Source of the DNA: Phoronis australis
Lineage: Eukaryota; Animalia; Phoronida
Assembly: GCA_002633005.1 (NCBI GenBank)
Contig: NMRA01001035.1
Location: 2,423 to 66,422, forward strand
Length of the DNA stretch: 64,000 bases
Direction: 5' to 3'
The first letter of the stretch is position 1. Each line of letters begins with the position of its first letter. The notes below the pieces were generated by a model. It was given only the letters and a program-made list of their open reading frames with translations, searched no databases and was not told the DNA's origin. Position numbers and translations under genes: made by a program. This document shows, piece by piece, positions 25,301-38,910 of this stretch.

Positions 25301-28300
25301 AAGAGAAAAATAAATGGATAGATCTTGCAAATTTGAACACAATGGTGAAATCTTAATTGCCCAAGAAATCTTCATCAAACTAAACAATGTTTTTCAACAA
25401 AAGTGAAGTCACTAAAATCAATGAAGTTAGCAACATGTAATTCTTCGAGATGTAATTTGTTCCCACAATCCTTTTCAAGGTTGTCACAAGATTTTACCCA
25501 TGAAAAGCCTGCTCACTTTTACCTTTCAACAAACTAAAAAAATTTTAAAATGATGCTTAATTTTGGGAATCCATGGTCACTGAAATGGATAAGTTTTCGA
25601 AAACTAAAGGTAAGCATAGCAGATGAAACGCGTCAGTATTCTAAACTAAGTTTAGTGACTGTCTTAACAACCTGCAGTATGATTAGGCAAATTTACGCGA
25701 ACTTAGCATTTTTCATCTGCCTGGGATTTCTCCTTCAATATTGAGAACATATTATTGTTTGGAAATAAAAATTGAAACATTGTAAACTACATTCATACTA
25801 GAAGTTTTGGGTTGAACACTGTGGCAGGCACAAAAAACACCTGGGGTGAATTTTTAGTTAAAAAGTCACATGGTTATACATCAGATGTCAACAAACTCTA
25901 ACACAGAAAACAGTTCACCATAGTGAAGACTGCAAGCAAACTTTACCAACTCACCTGTGAGTCACCTCCTAAATTAAATACAAAATGGAAGAGGTTTATA
26001 GCACCTTCTGTAATGATCCTTGAATCATTATGGAAAATGAAGTGTGCAGCTAAAGACCAAAACTTTTGCAAAGTGTTAGGCCACATTTAATTAGGTCAAT
26101 ACTTTACCTTTGAAAAAGTAATGTGCAGCCATAACGTGGTCCTCTGTCAGACTGCGGTCAGTGAGCAGAGACGGATATCGGCCTCCCAACTTCTGACACA
26201 GACGCAACAAATCAGCCAACAGAGTTTCCCTGCAACAAATGAGATTTCCAAAGGAGAAGACTTATTGAGATTCACATATTGGGAAAGAGCTATATTACTC
26301 ATTATTTAATTACACAACTCACAAAGAATAGTTGTGGCACATATACAAATTACATAATAGCCATAATTTAGACACACATATACATTTAATATTATGTAAT
26401 TCTATCTATCTTTACTCTAGTCACACTCTAGTCATGACTAATTATTTAGTCACTGATTAGACATGACTTAAGTTTTAGTCACAGCTAGCCTGGGGTAAAG
26501 GTTGTTATGTAAACTTATTTGCTAGGGGCACGTGTCAGTCACTAACACAGCCCTGCCAATCAACTAACATTAAACCAAATCCTCTCAACATTCTGCCTAT
26601 TGAAGAATCATTATTACAGATTCAAACCTTGAAAGTACTGAGACTACTGGTAGCGTCCATCTACCAACAAGAGTGAACAACAAGCTGTTCTGTTAACCAG
26701 TACAGAGGAATAAGGGTATATAAGAGTTGCAGGTGATTACCTGGGCTGCGTTCTGTAGACGCAAAAACCTCACGAGTTAAGCTAGAGTGGTCATGTGACT
26801 CCGATGTAATGCATGAAAATATCTCATGATGCCAATAGAAGCATGTACTCTCCAGTCAGATTACCTCCATATGAGGAACTTTTAAATTAGATGCCCTTGA
26901 AAAAATCACAACATTATCTACTAATATCAGCCTTCAAAATCAATGGTATGTGACCATTTCTGCTTTTGTTAACGGGGCAGCCCTTACTCGGAAGTTGTCT
27001 CTGCCTATTTTTGAGCAGACTCGTAAAATCTAATTGGTTTCCATATAGTTTGACAGCTTTTTTGATACAACTGATAGACAAGATGGTCTCGCGTCCTGGT
27101 GATTGCCACATGCAAGAAATGACATATTTTATCAACAAATGCACAGCACTTACACAATCAGTTGGTCTGGAATGCCGATTTCTGCTTTAAATTTCCATCG
27201 AGGCAAATCAGGGTTGAACCTGCGCGGCAGTTTCTCTTGTGTAGGATTCCAAAGATTAGCGTGGAAAATGTACCTCTGTACAAGAGTGTCCTGGAAATAC
27301 ACAATAGTCACGATGAAGTTACACCATGATAGCAATTCATGGATATCCCAGGAAAACCAAGCAAAATTAGACAAAATCTAACCAAACTAGCTACATGTTG
27401 ATAATTCTCTACAGCTGGAGGGTTGAAATTAATGCTTTATAGGGTGTACTTCCAAATGGCACTTGTCCGTTACTTGGACACTTCGCAGTTAACAGTGACT
27501 TATTATGCTGTGTAATGAGTGAACTGTCAAATTATAGAGGTTCTGATTACCAAAACTCAAAACCACTGTTAATCCTTTCTTGGTTTAGACACACATCTAC
27601 TCCCCTGGTCATCTAGCTACTAAGTAATTCCACTCACCTGGTCAGGTAACAACAATAATCTTGAGTAGTGCCACTCTCCTGGTCAGGTAGCGTCACTTAC
27701 CTATTCATGTATTATCAATCTTCTCTACAGTCAGGTATTTATGCCCAACTGGGCCTCGTTTTATGAAATGTCATAACCCTGGTCACAGTTTAGACAATCA
27801 CAGGCATCCCACACGAAACACTGTATGTTCTAAAAGTAAACCGTTGCAACTGACACTGATAATTTTTCATAGTCAGACTTATTAACCACCTCCAGGCACA
27901 GAGAAAATTGACATCAAAAGTTATGACTGTCTTTACAACTCGCCCCAGTTAATGTAAGAGCACTTAATACCTAGTCAGGTATTTCTACTCAGCTACACTG
28001 GCAGTTCCACTCACCTGATCAGGCAGTTCTACTTTGCCCACCAGATCTTGTACTTCAGCAGGAAGCCCAGTCATTGGTTTGGACTTGGTAAGAATGAGAG
28101 CTTGCTTGACTCCTGTGAAAGGAACACCATTCTATGCAATGATATATAGACTCATGAGCTAGAGATATGTTACTTTACAAAACAGAGCACTTGCCACTAG
28201 AACAGTTTGGGTCGTGGTCACAGGTATTATATCCTAACTGAAAATTTAGGAATGAAAAAGTTGCCTTGACGGCTACTTTTGACAAGTTTATAGGCTGACA

Positions 28301-29447
28301 AGTCTATTATCAGACTCTGCCACTATTGATGCAAAACGCAACTTGTCCGATATTTAAGAAACATTAAGAACGAAAAAATTGCCTATGTCTCAGCTTTCAG
28401 AATCAAGAAAAATTCGAATCTGACTTGGAATTTCAGTGTACCAAAATTTACAGATTGATCCAAACTAGAGAATTTTTTCTGTAACACTTTATGTACAGTA
28501 CTTTTTCACAGGCAGAATGTTTCAAAGAAAACGTGACTTAGATGGGTACACAAATCTAAGTCTTGCTAAATCATTTTAGTCGACATTCCTACAACAGTGA
28601 ACAAGTCAGTCATACCTTCCAATATCTTAGTGTCCATGTCCATACACAGGGCTTGTTCATCATGCCAGTTGATGTCATCCTGGGGATCTTTGGCTGGATA
28701 GAACTTTGCAAACCTTGGATCGTCTTCCACAGGCGGTGTCCATCGTGGAAGGTCAGGCTTTGGTGGCCAGTTGTCACTGTCTATTACTTCAACACCTTTA
28801 GTGAACAGAAACAAACAAAAGCTATGTTCCCATGCCAATCAGTTCAGAAAAAGGGAAATCTTTTCAGTCTCTAATTTAATGTTGTAAAGCCAGTGAAAAC
28901 ATGGTACATTAAGTTTTGGCATTCTTATAACCAATTACCTGACCTGATAGGAAATTGCATTTGACCAGAGTAAGAAACAATTAAGACCAGCTTCTTTTGG
29001 CAAAAAATGAGCACAATAGTCCCTCCAGCGAGTTCACTGTGGAGCAATGACAAACTGTAAAGATCATCTCAAGCCTAGCAGCCAAAGAACAAGATGAAAT
29101 CGAGTTCTCATTTCTAATATTTGTTGCTTAACTACAGTATTTACATATTAGTACAAAGATCTGTCAAAAGACACTGGAGCTAAAGGCACTGTAAGGACAA
29201 AGATATCAAGAATATTTGAAATGTAACAAATTTCGGGAATGAGTTCAAATCACTCCCAAAAAAGTTCTGAGGAGCACATGTAATTATGTAATTCTAGAGG
29301 AAAACTCTGAACTATAAATACTACACCTCTTTCAATGAGCGGTTTGGGTAGGCCAACTGGGTTAAGCCGCATCACTCCAGCTTTCTTCCAAAGTCGCTTC
29401 CATTTGAAAGGATATCTTTTCTTGAGTAGGGTCACTGTCAACCTCAT
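22345..29447 (-). CDS. MRPL37: Mitochondrial large ribosomal subunit protein mL37, 8 coding exons, 419 aa
   Basis: Exons 29447-29327, 28795-28616, 28112-28015, 27290-27154, 26229-26108, 24923-24738, 23071-22926 and 22614-22345 all have GT-AG boundaries and consistent phases, totalling 1260 nt. Recognised motifs: basic transit-like N-terminus, LEGVKQALILTK, and C-terminal PISVQCVHTNGRNFNFVCFQLNTLD...GIKNIFWLD...YNPDVFRKFLAMYLHG. Confidence 0.9.
23141..24509. mobile_element. Kolobok-like non-autonomous DNA transposon in an MRPL37 intron
   Basis: TTAA at 23137-23140 and 24510-24513. TIRs GGTTATCTCAAACCGTATT / AATAAGGTTTGAGATATCC match at 17 of 19 positions. Confidence 0.75.
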
Positions 29448-31112
29448 TCTACTTTGTCTAAAATAAATGTACAGCAACTTTACAACCCAAGGTTGCAGTA
29501 GGCGAATTTATTTAGTTAATTTCCACACAGTTACAATCAAAATCAGAACAAAACCCATTGATGCTTAACCCTGCACAAGCTAAATTTTACATCTGTTACT
29601 AACATTAAGAACATCAAAACCAATGAGCACACAAGAAAATGCTTTAGACCAACCCTAAAATTGCGAATCGGAAAATGGCAAAGCCAAGCATTACCTATGA
29701 AACGAATCCTATCCCTACAATGAATATTACAAGTTGATCTTAGGAGAGTAGGACTCACTTCAATGAAATGCAGCTTGAAGAATACTCTTCAAAGATTGAC
29801 GTGGTAGTTTTTTTTACAAATCTTGACACCTAAATTTCTGATGGTCCAACACAAGCAAACACCCAGTTAAATTTCTGCTAAATTCTTCAATAAATTTACT
29901 AATTTTCTGCAGAATATCCAAGTTTCAAGTTTGTCCTTTTCATAAAAATCGGCTGTCCAAAGCATATGATGTATACCATAATTATATACTGCAATCATTA
30001 ATTACATAGCATCCAGTCCGTGATTGGAATCGTACTGCTGTTCTCATGTGAACATTGCCTGAAATTATCCCAGTATTTTTTCAGACAAATTTTTACTATG
30101 ACATTTTTGCATTGGGACACAAATTTGCTAGGAGTGCCACCACATTTCACAGGATTAATCTAGGAGAAAATTTATTAAAGGTAGCTACAATGTATCCAAT
30201 GCAATTGAAATTCCCAGCCAGCCTGCTTTTGGACAATGGCAGTATTGTAGCTCGTGCTCAGACCCTTATCAGGTGCTGTCAGTCTCATAGATGTTTTTTC
30301 AGACCTGCCAATAGAGGCTACAAAACTTGCTAGGATTCTCAGTTGCATGGGGACACAACAGATTAGTGGAAACAATTCCTGTAAAAATATACCTGAAACA
30401 TATCTGTGATTCTGAAATACCTGGGAACATGACTAAATTTGTTTCTGTCCAACACTTTGAGGACTGTGTTAAAGCAGATGTGACTACCCTCAACATGCCT
30501 TCAATATCAAAGTTAACAGTAAGCCAGGAGTTGGATATCTCCATCAAAACATGGCAGGGACATGAGGTTTGAGCAACAACTGCAGTTATCCTGGATGGGT
30601 TGGCTCATGTCACCAGTCATGCCCATAGGTCAGAACACACCATGCACAGCTGCAGTGGAGATCATACTGAACTGTTGTACATAGTTTCCCACCTTCCATA
30701 TTTCAGGATGTACAGCTCAGGTGACCATGACACTTTCATAGTACCAAATTATTGTGGTCACAAAAACTTCAGGAACAACCATCTCCTCCTCTAGGTCAAG
30801 GTCCTTCATCCTAAAATTCTGTCTCATTTCCTAGACATTATAAGTTAATATCCATTTTGCATAGAGAACTTTAACCAGGTGTGCTTTATTCTGTAATATG
30901 CAGAATGCTGAGTGACATGGAAAGAATTGATCCCAGCACTAAAAGTAGAGTCATGATATGTCTTCCTTAGTAGTCTCAGTCAGTTATTAGTGTGTTGGTT
31001 CAACAGCAACTCTCTTCATCTCCAAAATATGAAGTTCTTTGGTTTCCGATTCAATAAGTGGCATGTTCAGGAACAAATGAATGTGACCTTGATACTGCAT
31101 TGATTTCTTTGG

Positions 31113-31139
31113 CATATATATATATATATATATATATAT
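31113..31139. repeat. (AT)n microsatellite
   Basis: Direct inspection. Confidence 0.9.
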
Positions 31140-32859
31140 TACAGTTCACAAGGCTCTGACTTCGCCCAACTCTGGTCCATTGAGGTTTTTTCAAAGGTGT
31201 GCTTTCCATGGTCATCGTCATGGTGCTTAAAGCTGGCTGCCCGCAACAGCAGTAGTTTTACTTTGCGAGAGCTCTTGAGTGGATCCATGAACAACCACAG
31301 TGACAGGTACAGGTCAAGACATATATGAATGAACTTGACAAAGGCACAACCGCTATACTGGTAGCTAAGGTTCTCGTGACTTCATACATTTTCCAGGAAC
31401 GAAGTCCCATTGCTAACGGCAAATCTCAAGACTACTTTTTTGTTCAAGGCACTTGTCCATAACAACAACAAGCAGAATGCTCGGAGCAATGTCGCATAAG
31501 TACCGAAAACACAACACTTTGATCCCTTGAAAATCCAAGGATGATTTGAATTTTAATGAATGTCTCCTCACTTCTTCTCAGGTTCTTCACAGATCAATCA
31601 AGAAGACCATCCACAGGTAGTATGTTGACCTGCGAGCATGCATCAGACAAGTTCCAAGAGCCATCACTATCAGTAGCTTATGCATAGCGAAACAATATTA
31701 ACTTACTGCAGGCAACTGTTAAGAGCAGTCACAAACTACACAAAAGTCATCAAAAAGGAAAAACAAACACCGAGCCTCCAACTTAAAACAGGCTGTTTAC
31801 ATGTGAATGGCAAATACATGTACAATAAAGACAGTACAGAACATCACCAATGTTTCATTTATCAAAAAAAGTTTACATAGTGGCTCACTGAGCAATGAAA
31901 GTAAAACTGCAAAAGGACCAAACTCAAAATTCAATGACAGTACTCTTACCAACACTGAGTGAGGAATAAAGGAAACTCCTGGGATTTTACAACATTTAGA
32001 CAAACCATAAAGCCTAAAAAGATAGTTATTAGATAAAATACATAACAACAAACCATTTTCGCAAATTCAAACATTCTAACATCAAGCATTCCCGAAACCG
32101 AAACGTGACATCACACTAGTTTTTGAAATTCTACCAGCTGAATAGAGAATTGTCAATCAACGAGAGTATGATGGGGTTTAAAGGTCGCATCAGTTTTTGT
32201 GAATACATGCTCTCAAAGAGAACATGCTTCGGCATAAAGAACTGAGTGCTAAATGAAAGCGCAAGTGGTAAAACTCTGCGCATAACACCATATGCTGGTT
32301 AGGAAAATGACATTGACGCTACTGACAGTATGGCAACTCGTGTTGTGTTAAAATTACTCAATGGCCATCAGCCAGTCAAGTCTCTAAGCATCTCCTGGAC
32401 TGTCCACACGGTCCACATCTCGTACCATAAAATACAAGGGCGTACTTGAACTGTATCGAGAGAACAACTTCAGTGCAGCAGATGCTGTTAATTCTATCAC
32501 TTGTGAACATGACAGTAAGGATGAAGATGAGCTTTCTACAAAGATACAGGAAGTTTATACAAGATTCACAAAAGTGAACAAGAGTTCCAAGTACAAAAAA
32601 GACAGGTGAATCTGAGGGTGTTCTACAAGAAGACTTTCAAATTTAAAAACACCCTCAAGCTTCTCATCAGAAGACTCCACAACCATCAACATCACAGCAT
32701 TCAATCCCTTGGCCATTGAGCGTCTCCGAGACAATAAGACTGTCCACATTTCGTTATGTCTCTCCAAAGTGATCAAGTCACTCTAGGCCATCATCGCACC
32801 ACTCAATATTAAAGCCATCAGAACTCCATCATATAATTGATGATCTGGCACACAAGCTT

Positions 32860-35800
32860 CATGAAACTAAAAGAAAAGTGCAAAGACTTGAGACTGAAAC
32901 ACAACAGTTGTTTAAAGTGAAATACCACCACAAAGCCAGAGAAGCCAAAGACTTGAAAAGTCAGGTGGAAGGTAATGGTCAGAAGCTTAAACGAAAGTCA
33001 AGTCAAGTGCAGTATGAAAGGGAAACAAACTTTCACAGAAAGATTGAAAAGCAGAAAGAAAAAAAAGAGAGAAGTTGTTGGAGGACAATAAGAAAACAGT
33101 TGAAGCGGTGGAACAAGAGTTTGATGATAGCTAACAGTATGTTAGACGAATAAGTAGTCAACAACCAGGATACCAACGTTGGATACTGGGAGACAGTTCA
33201 GCAACCAAATGAATGAAAGTGCATATAATTTATAGCAAGAAAACGTGTCATCTGGAAACATCCCTCGTGTAATCTCATCAGTCTTAAAGTTAGCCCGCTT
33301 GGAAGCAACTGATTGCCCCATTAACAAATAAAATGTTGTATGCCTTGGGTAGGCAGCTGCATCCTTCTGCTGCATCTATGACAGATTGTCACCCACCTTT
33401 ACAGTTCAACGGGATAGTACATAACTTTTGTATTTATCAATGTCTGTAGTAGTTTAGTTTGTCATAACATACATGACCTTTTATCTCACCTACACATGTT
33501 GTTTCACTGTAAACTAGCTTCAGTATCACTTCGCAGTTAGCGCATATAAATATTATTTAAGTATTTTTACTAATTATTAAATTTATGTAAGCTTGACTGC
33601 TTTCTCCTCATTGTCATATTATTTGGATTCTCGGGTCCGTGACCTTCTTTGTTCTATGATTATTGGTTTAATTGTACCACGTGATTTCTTTGTCTTGTCG
33701 CAACACTGGGCCATCGTCCCTAATTCTCTTCAAGTTTCCAGTTTTCAGTCAATTTCTATTTCCTCCCTCCCTCAAACCAATTTTCTTTCCTTCCCTGTTT
33801 ACACTCAATTTTCACATGTCGCTGTCACGGTGTTGCGATGTTGCTTTGGCATATTGTTAATATCTTTCTAGTACAGCACTTGTGTATTCCTTCATTGCTT
33901 CATTGTGCCTCCCATACAGCAGTTCAGTTGTCTGGCAGATTGTCACTCGCCTTTACAGCTCAACATATTATACAAGTTTTGTAATTATCGATATCTGTAG
34001 TAGTTTAGTTTGTCATAATATATATGACCTTTTATCTCACATACACATGTTGTTTCACTGTAAACGAGCTTCGGTATCACTTCGCAGGTAGCTCATATAA
34101 AAATCTTGTATGTCTACAGCCACAGCTTGCTGAGGTTGTTCAGTCCAAAAAATTTTTTCCTCTCGATCTGCTTCCAGACCAAACATAAAAATTCAGCAAG
34201 AAGTACCAGGGTTTCCACATCAATGACATCATTGGCGACATGTACACCCTTGATCCTTGCCAACTCGTCACCAAATCATCACAAGACACACTCATATATT
34301 TCAAGAAATTTTGGCGGACATCGAAACAACATCTGTCTCATCATCATCACAAACATCAAAGAAACTTCTATTCAACATCAATGCTACCATTTCTGACAGA
34401 GCTGCGACACAAATGAAATTCTACGAACTGCTGTTTGAATATCGAAGAGACATCCTACCACGATTGAAAATTTGAGAAATTGGACAAAAATGAACAGCTG
34501 GCGGTCAGCCAGATTTCTAACTTTTCCTGTGGCCTGCAATCACACGATCACATGGCAGAGGCTACATCCTCATCTTTCCCTGAAGTACAGAAAGGCTTCT
34601 TCTATCACTCATTTCCCATTCTGAACTCATCTTTCTTGAGGTTGATTGAATCCGGCACATCATGCCTCATTCACATAGCTTCAAAGGCCATTGCAAGACA
34701 AGCTGATGAGAAGAATGGTTGTCACAATGAGCTGCCTTGCAGTATTTGCTAAAGAGCTTCTGACCAACCAGTCCTTAAATCTTTGTCCATGGAACAGTAT
34801 CGTGGAGCCCATTTCAACACCCTAATCTCCAATGTTGCTACCTTATTTGTCCTTTCTGGGTATCTCTAATATTATCTCTTTGTCAAATGAACTTCTTAAA
34901 GCAGTGAAGCATGACCTTCACCAGTATCTGGCAGGTTGCAATGCTCTTGGTCTCATCTGTCATCTCATCACCTCTGTCCTCTGGATCATCATTGGAGACA
35001 AACGTATCCATAATCTCGATGCCTCAACACACTATCAGGAATTGCTGACTTATATCAATCAATGTAGTAGTAGGGTAGATCTTACACAGGGGGATTGTTG
35101 TCATTTTGCAGCCAGTGCACACTAGAGACCAGCCCTATCTTTGCCAGCCTGGTTGCTCTATGAGAACAGGTGATATTAGGATGCATGTTGCCAGCCTTGT
35201 CTGCAGTTGTACAGCGATTGTTCGTGGACGACCTTGAAGGTCGGAAGTGGTGCACACTACCTGAGAAGGAAGTGAAAGACCTCCGGAGGAAGACAGTTGG
35301 CCTACCCAAGCACAATGAATACTCAGAATCTATGTTTGGTAATTTTGACCGAATTCTGAGGGAAATGCCAGCTGTTAATACCCTGTGCACAGATAGTTAC
35401 ATCATGTATTGCCATGACAAGACCCACCAGTGGTTGCAAGCCAAGTCTGACATAAAGAAAGCAAAACTTCATGAAGAAGCTAGAAGCCAAGTGAGGGCAC
35501 CAAGGCAGCTGTTTAAGAGCAGGGAGAATGAGATCAGAGGGAGACAGAGAGAAGGAGAACACTAGAGCAAAGAAATTACGTCAGATGGAAGAATTCACAA
35601 CTGAAATGATTGTATGGGGACTGTGGCAGAGACAGAAAGAGGTGGAAGTGAGACTGAAAGGGTTGAAATCCATCAAAGACAAGACCAGAGCTTAGAAAGC
35701 CCAGTTAAACTTTCAGAAACATGTCATCAATCAGCCTATTGATTCACCAAGGCGCATAATAGGTGATGAATTTTTCTCACCTGAGGAATCGGTAGCAAAC

Positions 35801-35930
35801 AGGAAAACCTTGATAAAGTATTCAAGGCCAGAAGTGCATCCAACAACGTTGAATTTTCTGGTTGGCAAGAATGTTCGTCACAATTTTGCTAAAGTTGAGG
35901 ACCAGGTTCGGCATCATGACCGTAATTTCT
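32860..35930 (+). mobile_element. Degenerate DDE transposase, hAT-like
   Basis: Broken frames with ISDRAATQMKF, NFSCGLQ (decayed CxxH), NELLKAVKHDL..YLAGCNALGLI and PKHNEYSESMFGNFDRILREMP. Many stops and frameshifts; boundaries approximate. Confidence 0.55.
33380..34103 (+). repeat. Pair of diverged direct repeats of about 170 bp (33380-33550 and 33936-34103)
   Basis: Shared core tctgtagtagtttagtttgtcataa...gaccttttatctcac...cacatgttgtttcactgtaaac...gtatcacttcgcag. Confidence 0.85.
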
Positions 35931-37054
35931 CAGGTTAGTATATAACAAGGCTTGGCAGTGGTTATTAACAAAACTGCATCTGAAGAGCATAATCATTTTG
36001 AATTTGTTTGTTATACCCACACAACCTAACTAGCTATTTCTTTTTTGTCTTTTCAGGACTTTTAATAATATTAGATCAGCTTTGTTGAAATGGTTTGCAT
36101 AATTTCCAATTGGTGGTAATATTTTCGTTTAACACAGTTCAAATAATTGTTCTCTTGTAGAATTTGTTTGTGTGACACACGCAAGTTTTATTTTAGTTTT
36201 TGTTTTCAATACACAAGATTGGATTATCCCAAAAATGATTCTAGCACTCCTGTATGTGGCTAATGCTTTACAACAAACAAGTTATGATGTTTCCCGTTTT
36301 GTGGCCGGTGACTAGTCAGTTGGTTAGAACCATGGAAGGAATTTCTGATAGTTCAGGGAAGAGTTTTTATGTATTTTTTTATATTTGACCTCAATATCAA
36401 GAACCCTGTCCACAATATTACTATTACACAGTAAATTAATTGACATTACACTCAATTATTTAACTAATTAGTTTATAAATTAGTTATAAATTGTAAATGA
36501 AGGGTTTCACTAAAACAATCGTGTATTTTTGTTTTTAGAATTCATGTATACAAAATTATAACTATTTATAAAGTATAGTAATTATCTTTTTGCTTCTTCT
36601 TTACAGTTCTATGGTCTGATTAATGCCAAGACCAAATCAATGACACCCATAAGCAATGTCATTTAAGCTATTTTATACCACCAATTTTAGGAACTTTTTT
36701 GTGTTTTTGCATTGATGGCCCATAATCGGTGCGAAAAGATTATATGACGTTTATTTTTCAATAGTTCTCTCATGTATTGTTATAGTGGTTTAAATACTTT
36801 TACGGTCTACTGTTAATACTGAATAACTTGTAACAAAAGGAGGCAGTGTCCAAAAGTTAAATCCTGTGCCAATAGCGGATTTGCAGCGCAAACGAACTAC
36901 GCACTGCGCATGTGCGAGATACTTCCTGCGCAAAGGCTCATGGGATAGCTTGAGGTCAGGCATGTCAGCTGCTGGATAGTTTGAGTATACATTTGGTGTG
37001 ATTTTCCAACGAAAAACCATGAGTTCATCTATACCTGGAGTTCATCTATACCTG

Positions 37055-38910
37055 GAGCTCACATTTCGGAGCCTTTTGAAGTGTGTACGGTTCCTGTGCA
37101 TAAGAGGTGGCTTCAATGTCGGGGTGCGTCCGTCTCTGGTTTAAAGCAAGCAGCTTTGATTGAAAGGTTAGTCATACATAGTACTTCAATGCTGACGACA
37201 ACGGCACCAGTTAAGAACTGTGTGTAAATTATTTTTCAACTAATTTCCCATGAAGGTTCGTGAGATTTAACAGTTTTAATCAGATTTCAGCCAGGTAGAT
37301 GTTTCTTATTGACTGATAAAACTGGTCACACTTCCCGATGGATTTAGTCTCATTTGCAGCACAGACAACACGCCAACATGGCGACTTGCTGAACTGAAAG
37401 CCGTGTTCAACTTGGATATCGGTGAAGACTTAACATTGATAAATTTATGACGGAAACTGCTATAAAAGCAACTTTGCACCAATTTGCACGTTTTTGTGCG
37501 AACATTTAAGGAATTTTTTGATTATTTTGTTGTGAATCTCCCTTGCAGTTGACCTTACATAGTTGCTTAACTTGGTGAAGGTTGAAAGGTTAAGACACTC
37601 TTGCACCGCTGATGTTTAACACACATGCTGGCACCCGAATTGAGGTCATGAGAATTCATGAACTTACTTAACCACTGAATTAGCCAATCAATGATGGATA
37701 TTAAGTGGCGGCAGAGGAGTCACAGATATTTATAACAAATAATGCTCTGGACATTATGTTTCTGCACAAACCATGGCTCAGCCTCCTACAATACCAATCG
37801 GTTCGTGTGTCAGGCTTTCCACTTACTGATTCATGCGTGTGATGTCAATGGTACAGAAGGGTCTTGGTCAACATCCACCATTCTGCCATTAGCTATAGAC
37901 TTTGGTTATATAACTTGATGTACACATTTGAGATAGTGTGGGTTTGGTTTGGGTAAATTGGCCCATAGGCATGTTTTTCTGAAATGATCTCTGGGCATGG
38001 CAAGGTTTTCCTATGCAGGTGCTCAGGGGCGTAGCAAGGACTTTCAACACTTAGGACAATAAATTCCAAGACAAAGATGAGAGTGCTTGAATAGCCATTA
38101 TATCTTAAAATTGATATGTGGTATGCTCTGTTGAATTCCTGGTATCTTATCAATATGACTGTAATATTTGGTGTTGTTTAACAGGTGCTACCATTATTTC
38201 AATGATAAAGACAGATGTAATAATATCATCGACCCAGATGACCGTCATAAAGCATGACTTCAAAGCAGAGCCCCCTAGAGCTGATCTACAGTTGATAATA
38301 GTGGGTGGACATCATCATTACTTGTGCTGCCACCGACGTTCACCCATGGGACAGTTTATCGCCATTTGGGCGATAAAACAGAAAAACACCGCCAAGCTGA
38401 ATACACAATGCAGCGGTGTGGTGAAGTGGAAAAACTGCTATTGAAGGAGGTGGAAATCACGCAATTCAAAGCTGTTGTTGGAGCCAGCTATGCCTCCAAA
38501 AAGTATAATGTTGTGGGTGAAGTGACTGATGGTGGGCTAATTGATGCCACGTGTAAATGTGTTGCGGGCATAAATGGAAAGTGCAAGCATGTCGGAGCAG
38601 TGCTGTACCGCCTGCTAGATAACATGGACAGTGGGGCGTCAACGATACCGGAAGATATTGCCTGCACAAGAGCGTGGGGGCTGAAAAAAAGTGCAGTCAA
38701 AGTGTCGGAAAAATTTTCTGACTTAATATTCGTTAAGTATGCGGAGAGCAAAGATTCCGGAAAAACAATTGAAAACATCTCAAAGCGAAAGGAGTACAAT
38801 TGTTTGGGGCTAAACAAGCAGACTGTGCCCAAGTCATGACTGCAGCAGTTGGGGGAGAATTTAGAGGGTTTCCAGCCTATGTGGTCAAGGATTATTAAAC
38901 AGGTTTGCCA
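37055..38910 (+). mobile_element. SAP-domain plus SWIM zinc-finger pseudogene, transposon accessory ORF (ISL2EU/Kolobok-type)
   Basis: Exon-like SAP segment CTVPVHKRWLQCRGASVSGLKQAALIER followed by a GT donor. A second exon near 38186 carries SWIM CKCVAGINGKCKHVGAVLY. In-frame stops are present. Confidence 0.55.
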
